NCBI GenBank assembly: GCA_963713615.1
Contig: CAVQMM010000001.1
Location: forward strand, 1,216,001-1,280,000
Direction of reading: 5' to 3'
Source: an uncultured Chlamydiae bacterium
GTDB lineage: Bacteria; Chlamydiota; Chlamydiia; Chlamydiales; JAJFMA01
DNA length: 64,000 bases
Each line of letters starts with the position of its first letter. The first letter of the stretch is position 1. The translations under genes were made by a program, and so were the position numbers. This document shows, in pieces, positions 8,891 through 18,603 of the stretch. The notes under the pieces are model-generated. The model was given only the letters and a program-made list of their open reading frames with translations. It was not told the DNA's origin and searched no databases.

Positions 8891-11185
8891 ATGGAAAGCC
8901 AGGAATTATCACAATCAGGATCTATAAAACCTTTAAACATCGAGGCCGAGGAGCTGGAGCAGCAGCCAGAGATTCGTGAATCAGGACAAATGCATGGCCG
9001 CGGTTCGGTTGACCATCTGCCCGCGCACGAACAGCCTTTACCCGGCGCCGTTTTTCGAGAACACGCAAACCCGGGGCCAGGAGCAGCTCCTCCCAAGGCC
9101 CAACAACGTCTGGAACTATCCGATCTAAATATTCTTTCGGGTCCGGACCCCCGCAAGTCCAATCTTGTACGTAAGGGAGTGATCGGGGGCATCGTCCGTC
9201 TCGCCGCACGCATGTTGGGTCAAGGCCACCGAATCGACGCCAAAAAAGGTGAAGTCAGGGAATATGTCGAAGCTGATCTCCAGCGGACCCAGCAGCATAT
9301 CGTAGAACATAGTGATGTATCGAAGGCCGCATCCGGTGCAAGCCAATACCAATCGATCGGAACCGAAGCGCCAATCTTACCAAAAGGTAGAGGCATAGAC
9401 AGCTATGTGACTGAGTTTGCCGATCGCAAGAACCTAGACAAGACAACCGTAGCTCAAGCTCATGTAAATTCCGGAGTTTACCATGGTAATATTACGGACT
9501 TGAAATCAGGAGATGGATCGAGTTGGCACGCTCTATCGATTACAACCGATGATGCAGGCAAAACAGTCGTAGAGCACAATAGTGTTGTTCCTACTAGCGA
9601 ACGAGCACTCGGGCTTTCTAAGGACCTTAATAATGTCTATGTTCGCATCAACGATCAAGGCCAAATCACGATTACTACAGGGATCATTGACTCTGAGAAA
9701 CGAGCAGATGAATTTATGGCGGCAATAGCCGAAGCGATTAAGATGCGTGCAGCACAGGGCCATGAGGGTCCGGTGAAGTTACGCATTAGTTCACACTCCC
9801 TGAATGCTTTTGGTAGGGCTGGAGTCGGCGAGGCTGGCATGATCAAGCGCCAGAATGCCATGGCAGACTATATCGATAGAAAACTCGAGGGGGTACTTAG
9901 AGAAGCTGGTATACAAAATGCGCAGATGCCTCAGGGACCGGTTATGTCTCACGTGAACCGTACACTTAACGGTTTCACCGCATTACCTGGTGAAGAAGGT
10001 AAATGCCACTCTCTTAATCGTCAAGGAATGGCCACACAGATGCGGTGGCTCCATGAGGATATCGCAGAACAGTTACCCGAAAATTCCAATCATCTGTCGG
10101 TGGAGAACTACAAAGCAGCGCAGGATAATGTAGGGAACACTCTTGCAGAAGTTCGTCAGCTGAAGGCCGATATCGCTAATATTGAATCCATCTACCAAGC
10201 TAGTCCTCAAGTCCATGCGCTAAATGACACTTTAACAGACCTACTCACTCGCCGAGAAGATCTTGCGGAACAGATTCGAAAACTTCCGGAAGACCCTGCA
10301 GCCCGAGAGGTGCGTCAGTTGAAGAAAGCTGTCAAAAAACTCGACAAAGACATAAAAAAAACTCAGGGGGAAATCGCAGCTCGCGAAGATAAAGATATCG
10401 CCTTGGTCGTTCGTCAACATAAGGCCAGATTAGCTAGTAGCCAAAAGGCCCTTAGCAGCCAACTTAAAACCCTAGCCAGGTCAATGCACCAACTTGAGAC
10501 CTCAGGTGTCGCCCTTCCTGACGATGTACGCAACAGATTGCAAATTGGCGGACATGTGCTGGCACAGCAAACGGGCCTCGGAAAAGAACTGGGATACCCC
10601 AAGCTCAAACCCGCGCAAGAAGTCCAAATGATGATCCTTCTGGATAGGGTTAATGGCGCCACCACACAAAGCAATTGTAAGAGCAGTCTAGACCGTAATT
10701 CGCATGCAAGGGCCTCGGGACCTGTGATCGATCAGCATATCGCTGCGCATGGCATTAAAGGTACCTACGACTTCATTGCGGGCTTTGAAAACCGGGTCAC
10801 CGATATGGATCGTGAGTTTCGCGCGTACCAGAAAGCTAACCCAGAAGGAAGCTTCCAGCAATGGCTAGAGGGCGATGCTGGCAGAGGTTACAAAGACATT
10901 GCCGATTTTCAATCAAAAATGTTCGCCGAAATGATTGGAGTATGCCGTCCTATCACCGCTTGGAGTACGGGCACCGATGGAGGCTTTAAGTGGCACCACG
11001 ACAAGAAAACGCTTAATCCCTTGGAAAAAAACAACCACCCGATGCCCTATATCCCCGTCCAGGTCTATGACAGTGACAGCAAAAGGATGGTCTCTCTCGT
11101 GAGAATTGACAGCAAAGGAAACCGCTCTTTTACATCCGAAGGTCTAGCCCTATATGCTGGTCAGTCCCAAAAACGCGGAGCTTAA
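8891..11185 (+). CDS. Putative secreted inositol/phosphoinositide phosphatase, SopB/IpgD-like
   Basis: NCKSSLDR (Cx5R) at 10676-10696, central coiled coil, low-complexity N-terminus. Confidence 0.6.
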   Translation: MESQELSQSGSIKPLNIEAEELEQQPEIRESGQMHGRGSVDHLPAHEQPLPGAVFREHANPGPGAAPPKAQQRLELSDLNILSGPDPRKSNLVRKGVIGGIVRLAARMLGQGHRIDAKKGEVREYVEADLQRTQQHIVEHSDVSKAASGASQYQSIGTEAPILPKGRGIDSYVTEFADRKNLDKTTVAQAHVNSGVYHGNITDLKSGDGSSWHALSITTDDAGKTVVEHNSVVPTSERALGLSKDLNNVYVRINDQGQITITTGIIDSEKRADEFMAAIAEAIKMRAAQGHEGPVKLRISSHSLNAFGRAGVGEAGMIKRQNAMADYIDRKLEGVLREAGIQNAQMPQGPVMSHVNRTLNGFTALPGEEGKCHSLNRQGMATQMRWLHEDIAEQLPENSNHLSVENYKAAQDNVGNTLAEVRQLKADIANIESIYQASPQVHALNDTLTDLLTRREDLAEQIRKLPEDPAAREVRQLKKAVKKLDKDIKKTQGEIAAREDKDIALVVRQHKARLASSQKALSSQLKTLARSMHQLETSGVALPDDVRNRLQIGGHVLAQQTGLGKELGYPKLKPAQEVQMMILLDRVNGATTQSNCKSSLDRNSHARASGPVIDQHIAAHGIKGTYDFIAGFENRVTDMDREFRAYQKANPEGSFQQWLEGDAGRGYKDIADFQSKMFAEMIGVCRPITAWSTGTDGGFKWHHDKKTLNPLEKNNHPMPYIPVQVYDSDSKRMVSLVRIDSKGNRSFTSEGLALYAGQSQKRGA

Positions 11186-11198
11186 ATGCCATTAAAAC

Positions 11199-11429
11199 CC
11201 TCACAACCGTATCTCGGCGCGCAGCGCTTTGGAGTGCGCGTCGCTCGCGACCGCTTTGGATTTGGGTGAACTAGGCATTACACGAAACATGACCTTCCGC
11301 TCTAGGGGTAATTGTGGGGGTTTGAGGCTCCATAGAACGATGCGTGATTCAAGAGGCTCGCCCAAATCCAAAGCGGTCGCGAGCGACGCGCACTCCAAAG
11401 CGTTGCGCGCCGAGTAACGCTTGTGAAGG
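11199..11429. repeat. REPIN-like doublet (family A)
   Basis: Inverted copies of ttggagtgcgcgtcgctcgcgaccgcttt within long arms tcacaa..atctcggcgcgcagcgc. Confidence 0.85.
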
Positions 11430-11584
11430 CTTAGGTCGATGCGTACAGTTTCACGCGTGTTATTTAGCTAACATTTAAATCCTTTAGATAAATTATTGAA
11501 TTGCAGATCATGCATTCGCTTGTTGTTATTAGCCTCTCCGTCTACGATAGGCTCCAAAATATCATCGAATTCAACGAGGTAGCC

Positions 11585-11998
11585 ATGGTCACGGTCTTAA
11601 TGGATGTCAGCTTTTGGGCAGTATTGGTATCGGCGATTGCTTATATGATCATAGGCGGGATTTGGTACTCGCCATTCGTCTTTGGTCATGCCTGGCTTAA
11701 GGAAGCTAAGGCAAAGAAAGAAGACCTGTCGGGACAAGGACAGGCATTGATAGGGTCCTTCATAGCCTCGATGGTGATGGCATATATCTTGGGTTATTTT
11801 GTGGCTGCCACACACTCCACTACTGTGTACTATGGGGCACAGGTAGGCTTCTTCTGTTGGCTCGGTTTCGTTGTCACGACGCGAGTGCTCGGGGTCTTTT
11901 ACTCAGGTCATTCGTGGAAGCTGTTTCTGATCGACAGCGGCTACCTACTGGTAGCCTGCCTGGTCATGGGAGGTATCATGGGCTTTTGGGTGGTCTAG
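11585..11998 (+). CDS. DUF1761-like membrane protein
   Basis: GGIWYSPFVFGHAW and LFLIDSGY patterns, 4 TM; GAGG upstream of ATG 11585. Confidence 0.75.
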   Translation: MVTVLMDVSFWAVLVSAIAYMIIGGIWYSPFVFGHAWLKEAKAKKEDLSGQGQALIGSFIASMVMAYILGYFVAATHSTTVYYGAQVGFFCWLGFVVTTRVLGVFYSGHSWKLFLIDSGYLLVACLVMGGIMGFWVV

Positions 11999-12467
11999 TT
12001 TTCTTACCTTTGAAGACAAAGCGCTCAAGCAACCCATCGACAGAAATGTAACCGGGACCAAAAGCAAAAACCAATGCCGAGGTCAACAGATAAAGGAAAG
12101 CTTCTTCCATAACGAATAGCCCTGGCATATTCCAAAGGCCTACTACTGCATCATGATGTGCGGTGAGGTATGCTACAATCATATTGATCATTAGAATAGC
12201 ACCGGCCAGGCGCCCTGCTAATCCGATGAATAGCAAAATACCCCCAAACGCTTCTACAGAAGCTACAAAATAAGCATGTGCCAGGGGCAGAGGAAAGCCT
12301 AGGCTCGCTAAAAAGCCCTCAAATGCGTGGATATTCTGTAATTTACCCCACCCGGCATGGAAGAAAGCCACCCCCAAAAAAAACCTTAAAAGCAACAGTA
12401 GGACTGGCTGAAAGCACTCTCCCACCATAATAAGCCCATTGTAAAACTTCGTCAGCGCCCGCATCAT
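11976..12467 (-). CDS. DoxX family membrane protein
   Basis: LLLRFFLGVAFFHAGWGKL, EAFGG, GPGYISVD. Confidence 0.85.
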   Translation of the reverse strand: MMRALTKFYNGLIMVGECFQPVLLLLLRFFLGVAFFHAGWGKLQNIHAFEGFLASLGFPLPLAHAYFVASVEAFGGILLFIGLAGRLAGAILMINMIVAYLTAHHDAVVGLWNMPGLFVMEEAFLYLLTSALVFAFGPGYISVDGLLERFVFKGKKTRPPKSP

Positions 12468-12592
12468 TACCTCCTGATCAAGTGGATTTTTTTTCTGCTT
12501 CTCACCATACGTATATTTTTTTTATTGGTCGACTGTCAAAACTATGCTAGAATCTTATCAATCCCGACCATGATCGGGTAGAATGGAGGAAC

Positions 12593-12748
12593 ATGATGAA
12601 ACAAGCTTTGATTTTCGTGATTTTGACCACAGCGGCATTGGTAGTGTTTGATGAGCCGCAAATGAACCAAGATGAATCTCTAGCTAAAGCCGTTATTTAT
12701 CCAGACCAACGTGGTCTGAATACTGATGATGCTGAAGCTCTTTCCTAA
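12593..12748 (+). CDS. Small 51-aa protein with N-terminal hydrophobic segment
   Basis: GGAGGA SD directly upstream; MMKQALIFVILTTAALVVFDEP...; ends 9 bp before the next gene. Confidence 0.55.
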   Translation: MMKQALIFVILTTAALVVFDEPQMNQDESLAKAVIYPDQRGLNTDDAEALS

Positions 12749-12757
12749 GGCCATATC

Positions 12758-13087
12758 ATGCGTAATTTTAAGTCCGCCTTAATTCCCCTAGTATATGGTG
12801 CCCTCGTTTTAACAGGTGGCGTCGTTGGCTACCTGAAGGCCCAAAGCCTCATCTCATTGATTTGCGGTCTGTTTTTTGGTCTTGGGTTGATTGGCGCATC
12901 GTTGACAGTCATGCGAGGAATTATTTCAGGCCACTGGACCGCCATCGGCCTCACGATTGTGCTAACGTTATTTTTTCACTATCGCTTTGCTACCACGCAG
13001 GTATTTATGCCGGCAGGCATGATGGCAATCATTAGTGTTCTGGCACTCATTGGCATGTTCATCTACCGGCCTGTTAGGGCGCAGTAG
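12758..13087 (+). CDS. TMEM14 family membrane protein
   Basis: YGALVLTGGVVGYLKAQSLISLICG and RF...FMPAG patterns. Confidence 0.8.
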   Translation: MRNFKSALIPLVYGALVLTGGVVGYLKAQSLISLICGLFFGLGLIGASLTVMRGIISGHWTAIGLTIVLTLFFHYRFATTQVFMPAGMMAIISVLALIGMFIYRPVRAQ

Positions 13088-13123
13088 GGCTCTAAAGGAC
13101 GTAAAGGACGAAAGGGACATAAA

Positions 13124-13874
13124 GAGGTAATTGCAGAAGTATTTGGGCTCTCATGGATCGATTCTTTGAAAAAAAATCACTTTTTTTTGTGAGAAGGCGA
13201 TTCTGGAGAGCTTAAGTGGTATGGCACTATCCAGTCTGGAAAGACAGGCTTTTCTCCCTTCCCAGGCCCGAAGGGTCGATATTGCAACAGGCCATGGCAT
13301 CGCCATAGTATATGCCAGGAAGGGATTTCGCAGTCTGAAGGACTGCTACACGACGCCAGTTTACAAACACCATTTATGCATGCGCTTTATGGCAGCCCTA
13401 CAGGCTGCTAAAACCGTTTTGGCATATACCATGGCGATGCCACATAGGCCTCAACCTAACAGGTCTTTTGAGCTTATATCTCAATGACTTAGGACTTCAC
13501 AATCGTATCTCGGCGCGCAGCGCTTTGGAGTGCGGTCGCTTGCGACCGCTTTTCGTTCCTTGGGACGGCAATGCTAAACGGCATTGTATGGATTCGTCGA
13601 AGGCTGCATGTACTAACTATTTTACCCTTAGGGAATTATAGTGATGCCGTTGCACACGACCGTCGCAAGGAACCCAAAGCGGTCGCAAGCGACCGCACTC
13701 CAAAGCGCTGCGCGCCGAGATACGATTGTTAGGCTTAGGTTGAGGCCTATGTGGCGATGCCATGGCCTGTTGCAATATCGACCCTTCGGGCCTGGGAAGG
13801 GAATGACTCTCTCTTCACCGGCATCCGATTTTCAGGAAATTGACTTCGGAAAATCGGACTTCTGCAATTACCTC
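13124..13874 (+). mobile_element. Composite non-autonomous element (copy A, complete) with GAGGTAATTGCAGAAGT terminal IRs and an internal family A REPIN (13497-13731)
   Basis: 17-bp perfect terminal IR; near-identical copies at 39309, 45857 and 52357; no transposase ORF. Confidence 0.85.
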
Positions 13875-13921
13875 CTTATGTCCTTTTCGTCCTTTAGCCA
13901 TCCAAACAAGCTCATAGAAAG

Positions 13922-15421
13922 CTACACGGCTGTTGCAACGGCCGGTGTTGGCACAGTCTCCAAGGCTGAATAACGGCTCAATGCATATGACGTTGCTAAG
14001 GCCATTATGAACCATCCCCATCGTACAGCAGTGCCCAGTGAGTAGCCACTAACCAACTCTTCATGCAGAGCTCCTATGAAGATAACGCCTAACAGAGTAC
14101 AAATAAAGATTCCCAAAACTTGCGTTACCTTAACACTTGGTAGGCCGATCTGCTTAGTGATTTCCTCACGAATCCCGTTCACAACGAAGAAAAAGACCAC
14201 GACTTCGGCAATTCCAGCAAACAGCATGACATACCCTAAAACCATAGGTGCCAGCGCCCCCAGAATATGCTGACCGTTGCCAGTGCAGAAAAAGGCTCCC
14301 CCAAATAACATCGCTGCTAAAGTCACTGTTACGGCCTTTTTGCGGGATACCCCATATTCAACCTCAACATTGCCAGCAATGCTCTCGGCGATGGAAAACA
14401 CCCCCGTCACACCAGCGACAAATAAACTAAAGAAGAATACTGTTCCCAATACTGGAGCCACCCAAGATCCCATAGCATGTAGGACTTTAGGGAAAATGAT
14501 AAACCCTAGCTCAAAAGTAGAACTGGTTTTCACCAACTCTTCAAATGCGATGCCAGTATCCTGGCTCAAAAAACCCAAACAGGCAAAGATCACCAGACCA
14601 GCGACCGATGATATGGTGAGATCGCCAATAACCACCCACCGCATCGCTCGCCCCACCTTGACATTTTCACCATTGTATCGTGCATAGCCCGTGATGATGC
14701 CCAAGCCTAACGAAAGGCTGAAAAAAAGATGCCCAAACGCATCACGCCAGATGCCAAACTCTGACAAACGGCTAAAATCGGGAAGGAGATAGTAGGAAAG
14801 CCCTATTGAAGCGCCAGGCAGAAATAACACAACAATCGCAAATAACGCCACCAACCCAACCAATGCGGGCATGAAGATGGAGCAAATACGTTCCACCCCT
14901 GACTGTATGTTCTTCGTCAGTATACGCCAGCTGAGAAAAATTACCAGTGAGGTAGCTAATAAAATCGGCCAGCTAATCCCTCCCCACGCATTCAAAGCCC
15001 CGCTATCGCGAAGAAAATCTGTCTTAAAGAAGGTCGCAGTATCTATCGGAATGGCACTTGTTAGCGCAAAATAAGAATAAGCGACGGTATAGCCAGTGAG
15101 TACTGCGTAGAAGGCACCAATCGTCAAACACGTGATAATTGACAACCACCCGAGCGTCCTCCCGAAAGAACCAATCGTGCGACCGTATGCTGACACTGTT
15201 GGTAGCTGGTAGCGTTGCCCTATAACAGCCTCCAAAACCAACAACGGAATACCAAGTAACAGATAGGCGCAGAGCAAAGGTATTAGAAATGCGCCACCAC
15301 CATTGCGATAGCACTGAGCACTAAAACTCAAAATATTTGCAAACCCAATGGCTGATCCCAATACAGACCAGATAAACCCAGATTCGTTCTTCCAGGAATT
15401 TTCTTTAGGAGCCGACTCCAT
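13922..15421 (-). CDS. Sodium-dependent transporter, SNF/NSS family
   Basis: GSAIGFANI, NGGGAFLIP, FFSLSLGLG; about 12 TM. Confidence 0.9.
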   Translation of the reverse strand: MESAPKENSWKNESGFIWSVLGSAIGFANILSFSAQCYRNGGGAFLIPLLCAYLLLGIPLLVLEAVIGQRYQLPTVSAYGRTIGSFGRTLGWLSIITCLTIGAFYAVLTGYTVAYSYFALTSAIPIDTATFFKTDFLRDSGALNAWGGISWPILLATSLVIFLSWRILTKNIQSGVERICSIFMPALVGLVALFAIVVLFLPGASIGLSYYLLPDFSRLSEFGIWRDAFGHLFFSLSLGLGIITGYARYNGENVKVGRAMRWVVIGDLTISSVAGLVIFACLGFLSQDTGIAFEELVKTSSTFELGFIIFPKVLHAMGSWVAPVLGTVFFFSLFVAGVTGVFSIAESIAGNVEVEYGVSRKKAVTVTLAAMLFGGAFFCTGNGQHILGALAPMVLGYVMLFAGIAEVVVFFFVVNGIREEITKQIGLPSVKVTQVLGIFICTLLGVIFIGALHEELVSGYSLGTAVRWGWFIMALATSYALSRYSALETVPTPAVATAV

Positions 15422-15719
15422 CCTAGTAACCTCTGCGTATAAAAAATTAAAAAGCAATCAAACGTATGAATTTACGACAATGATTATACCAAAAAAACAA
15501 CATAATTTACAACAGTAATTTCTTTAAGGTAAACCATCGATACTGAGATAAAGTGGTGAGACAGAAAACATTGATGAAGGAAAAAAATAGTCGTTAAGCG
15601 GCTGGTGTACCAACCTGGAGGCATTTATTAGAAAATTTAAATCTTTTTGCTTTTGTTGCTTGTGATTAAATCCTCAAGAATGGTATCTTTTGGGCGTTCA
15701 CAGATAGAGGCAATCCTAT

Positions 15720-15792
15720 CGCGGGGTGGAGCAGGGGTTAGCTCGTTGGGCTCATAACCCAAAGGTCGGAGGTTCGAATCCTCTCCCCGCTA
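15720..15792 (+). tRNA. tRNA-fMet (CAT)
   Basis: CGCGGGG acceptor with unpaired C1, GGG-CTCATAA-CCC anticodon arm, GGTTCGAATCC. Confidence 0.93.
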
Positions 15793-15802
15793 ATTTGTCT
15801 CC

Positions 15803-15876
15803 GGCGGCATAGCTCAGTTGGTTAGAGCAGCGGAATCATAATCCGTTGGTCGCTGGTTCGAATCCGGCTGCCGCTA
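15803..15876 (+). tRNA. tRNA with CAT anticodon (probably elongator Met)
   Basis: GGCGGCA acceptor, TAGCTCAGTTGGTTAGAGC, TCATAA loop, GGTTCGAATCC. Confidence 0.9.
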
Positions 15877-15890
15877 GTACCATGAGTTTT

Positions 15891-15927
15891 AAGCGCGAAT
15901 AGATTCTCTCTATTCGCGCTTTTTTTT
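15891..15927 (+). terminator. Rho-independent terminator
   Basis: aagcgcgaatag..ctattcgcgctt followed by T-run. Confidence 0.85.
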
Positions 15928-16021
15928 GCCATCATCCCCTATTGCCCAATACTTTTTATGGACGAATTGGACCGATTGAGACGATTGCGGAATTCGTTCG
16001 AGATGTCAGATGATTAATAAT

Positions 16022-16284
16022 GCCCTCACAATAGTGTCTCAGCGCGAAGCGCTTTGGAGCCCCAACCGACTGCGTCGCCAATATCCGAAAGTAACGCTAA
16101 AGAGGCTTCTTCGTGCCCGCGCCCTTGCCCCTGCCCTTGCCCGATGCACTTCTCCCAATTCCGCTCCCTCCCTTCCTTTGATACGAATTTGTACCCTCCC
16201 TAACGCCTTGTTACTTGGAAGTGCGCGTCGCTCGCGACCGCACTCCACCCAAAGAGCTTCGCGCCGAGACACTATTGTGAGGGC
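16022..16284. repeat. Degenerate family A REPIN interrupted by (gccctt)n-type repeat
   Basis: Arms gccctcacaatagtgtctc / gagacactattgtgagggc. Confidence 0.7.
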
Positions 16285-16294
16285 GCGTGGTATA

Positions 16295-16872
16295 TCACCA
16301 TTTAAGCCAATTTATAATCTCCTCAAATATACTCACCCTTACCTGTCCCATATCAACAAGTCTGCCGTAAAGCCAATTGGCGCGGTATTTAACATTCGCG
16401 TTAGGATCAGTTCCGCCCAGCTCGGCTGCCTTGATTGCTGACTCATAACCTTGCCCTCTATTAATAAGAGAAGTATATAGGTCGTACGCCGCTAATCTAA
16501 TATTCTCATCCGGATCAGCTATGCCCATCTCAGCTGCCTTGATTGCTGGCTCATACGCGTTCTCCCTATCGACAAGGGCACTATAAAGTCCATAGCACTC
16601 TAATCTCACTCTTGGATCGGGATCAGTTATCCCCCTCTCAGCTACTTGAATGGCTGATTCATACTCCTGCCCGCTATAGGCAAGAACACGATAGAGTCTA
16701 TAGGACGCTGATCTAATGATCCCCTCCGGATCAGCTACGCCCTTCTCAGCCACTCGGATGGCTGCTTCATACGCCACGTCATGCGGAACAAGATCAAAAA
16801 TAGGGAATAGGCCTCCATTTTAACATCCACGTTGGACTCTTCTACCCCTTTTTCCGCGTCTGATATTATCAT
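16295..16872 (-). pseudogene. HEAT-like 36-aa repeat region, frameshifted
   Basis: Four YE.AI..AE.G..DP repeats in 16295-16777; a fifth repeat lies upstream in another frame, joined by a 1-nt shift at the A5 run 16796-16800. Confidence 0.65.
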
Positions 16873-16873
16873 C

Positions 16874-18418
16874 TCAGTCGGAGAGTAGGAGAGAACTTGC
16901 CTTGGTGGCCACTGCTTCGGCAGGTTCGTGTGCGGTGAAAAGCTGGCACCACTCCTGCAAGCTCAGATGCGCATAGGGATTTGATACATACCCTGCACCT
17001 AATATTCTCTGGAGACGATAGGTGTCAGTGATCGTGTTGATGTCCATTGCAGAGGGAACCTGCGAGACCTTTAAAGACTCCTGGAGGATTGAACGAATTT
17101 CAGGATAACGTTTGGTTAGCTTCTCAAGGGTTTGAGGTGAATCCTTTAACACTCCAAACTTGGAGGACAGTAGCGTACCTAATGCAGCAGCTTCCTTGTC
17201 GATCTGCTCCATCTGTTCTTTAGGAATATGACTAAGAGCTTCTTGTTGAAGGCGCTCGGCATCGTCGCGGATACTGTGAAGCTTATTTGTGAAGCCGATG
17301 ACCTGTTCGGAGAGCTGCATCCCGATGAAGGCGCTATGAACGATACGCTTAGTAGTGTCGCTCCAGTTCTCCGATTGCGTCACATTTTGAAAGAGCGTTT
17401 TTAGCCATCCTGCGTTTTCTTGAGGTCTCTGATCTACCAGCTGTCGCCACTGCTCGCTTCCATATTCAATACCGTTTTTGTTGACCGGACCCTTGCTTGC
17501 TGTTTGGGCTAGTTTCTGGATTTTCTGCAGTGAATTATTTATGGTGATGACCGATTTCTTGCATTCCGCACTACTAAAAGCCTTTAGCGTTGGCAACAGC
17601 TCTCCAACGATCTCTCCTATTTTTCTGAGCTGTGTATTCAGCGACTGCAGCTGCAAAGCGGCTTGCTCCGGCTGAACTCCCTTTCCTAAACGAGCGAGAA
17701 CTTGCCGCTCTTGATCTACCGATTGGACAAGAGCGTCTGCCCAATCCTCTATTTGCCAGGAGAAGTTGCACAGGTCTTCTGCAAAGAGTTCCATCATCTT
17801 TTCCGCTACGACCGGATACCCCTTGGAATCTTGCACCGTTTCCCACACGTCCCCCAATCTTTCGATGGCCTCTTTAACATCCGTTATCGCCAGAAGAGGA
17901 CCAGGCGCTTCATGAGGTTCATAGATTTTTTCTATGAGTGCTTCTACGGCATCATCAAAAACTGAAACCTTAGCGCTGTACTCCGGCATGTACTGCGCGA
18001 GAAGAAAGGTTCCCTCCAATAACTCCTCCGCCTTTTCAATCTGCTGTATCGCATGCGCTCTTTGCGCGTGAGGGGTTATCTGATTCAGTTCATCTTGAAG
18101 CTCGCGCAGGTTACTCCGCATCTCTTGGAGGTGGATCATTTCCTCCTCTGAGACCTCATTGTTGCTGTAAATCCCTTCAAATAGATGCGCTATGCGATTT
18201 ACTACGAATGAGTAGCGATGATTCAGATCGTGCGGGACAGGGGCCCTTTCTACAACAGGTTCCGAGGGTGCAAATAAACTACTTTGCAGCAATTTTTGAA
18301 CTTTAATAGGTAAGGTCTTTCGAATCGGTGAATGGCCAGCACCAGAATCATTATGCGAGATTGCCGTCAATTTATTACAACTATCACTTCGAAACTTAAT
18401 TATTTTAGAAACATCCAT
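16874..18418 (-). CDS. Helical/coiled-coil hypothetical protein, possibly N-terminal part of a split effector-like gene
   Basis: 514-aa ORF rich in E/Q/L; abuts the repeat-coding region. Confidence 0.65.
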   Translation of the reverse strand: MDVSKIIKFRSDSCNKLTAISHNDSGAGHSPIRKTLPIKVQKLLQSSLFAPSEPVVERAPVPHDLNHRYSFVVNRIAHLFEGIYSNNEVSEEEMIHLQEMRSNLRELQDELNQITPHAQRAHAIQQIEKAEELLEGTFLLAQYMPEYSAKVSVFDDAVEALIEKIYEPHEAPGPLLAITDVKEAIERLGDVWETVQDSKGYPVVAEKMMELFAEDLCNFSWQIEDWADALVQSVDQERQVLARLGKGVQPEQAALQLQSLNTQLRKIGEIVGELLPTLKAFSSAECKKSVITINNSLQKIQKLAQTASKGPVNKNGIEYGSEQWRQLVDQRPQENAGWLKTLFQNVTQSENWSDTTKRIVHSAFIGMQLSEQVIGFTNKLHSIRDDAERLQQEALSHIPKEQMEQIDKEAAALGTLLSSKFGVLKDSPQTLEKLTKRYPEIRSILQESLKVSQVPSAMDINTITDTYRLQRILGAGYVSNPYAHLSLQEWCQLFTAHEPAEAVATKASSLLLSD

Positions 18419-18603
18419 GCATCGTCTTTTGTTATATTATTCAGATGAAAATTTAGCACTAATAAAACTATTCCGCAATCAGAAATATTGGGTGCTGTGA
18501 AGTTCATTTTCAAATGAGTATATACTACAAGCGGGTAGGTTTTGCACATTCGACTATCGCCAATCTCCCGAAGACACTAGAGCGAAAAGCTTTCGGCTGT
18601 GAG

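Noticed and set aside
13221..13973. ORFs 13221-13487, 13641-13973 and their copies near 39279, 45886, 46115, 52455, 52876, also 11201/11229, 16010, 24549, 28042, 53111, 56831
   Set aside because: All are translations of palindromic non-coding repeats, with frames not preserved between copies and no transposase motifs.
15457..15660. Riboswitch or leader peptide upstream of the SNF transporter
   Set aside because: No recognisable aptamer consensus; only a weak hairpin and an unsupported short ORF.
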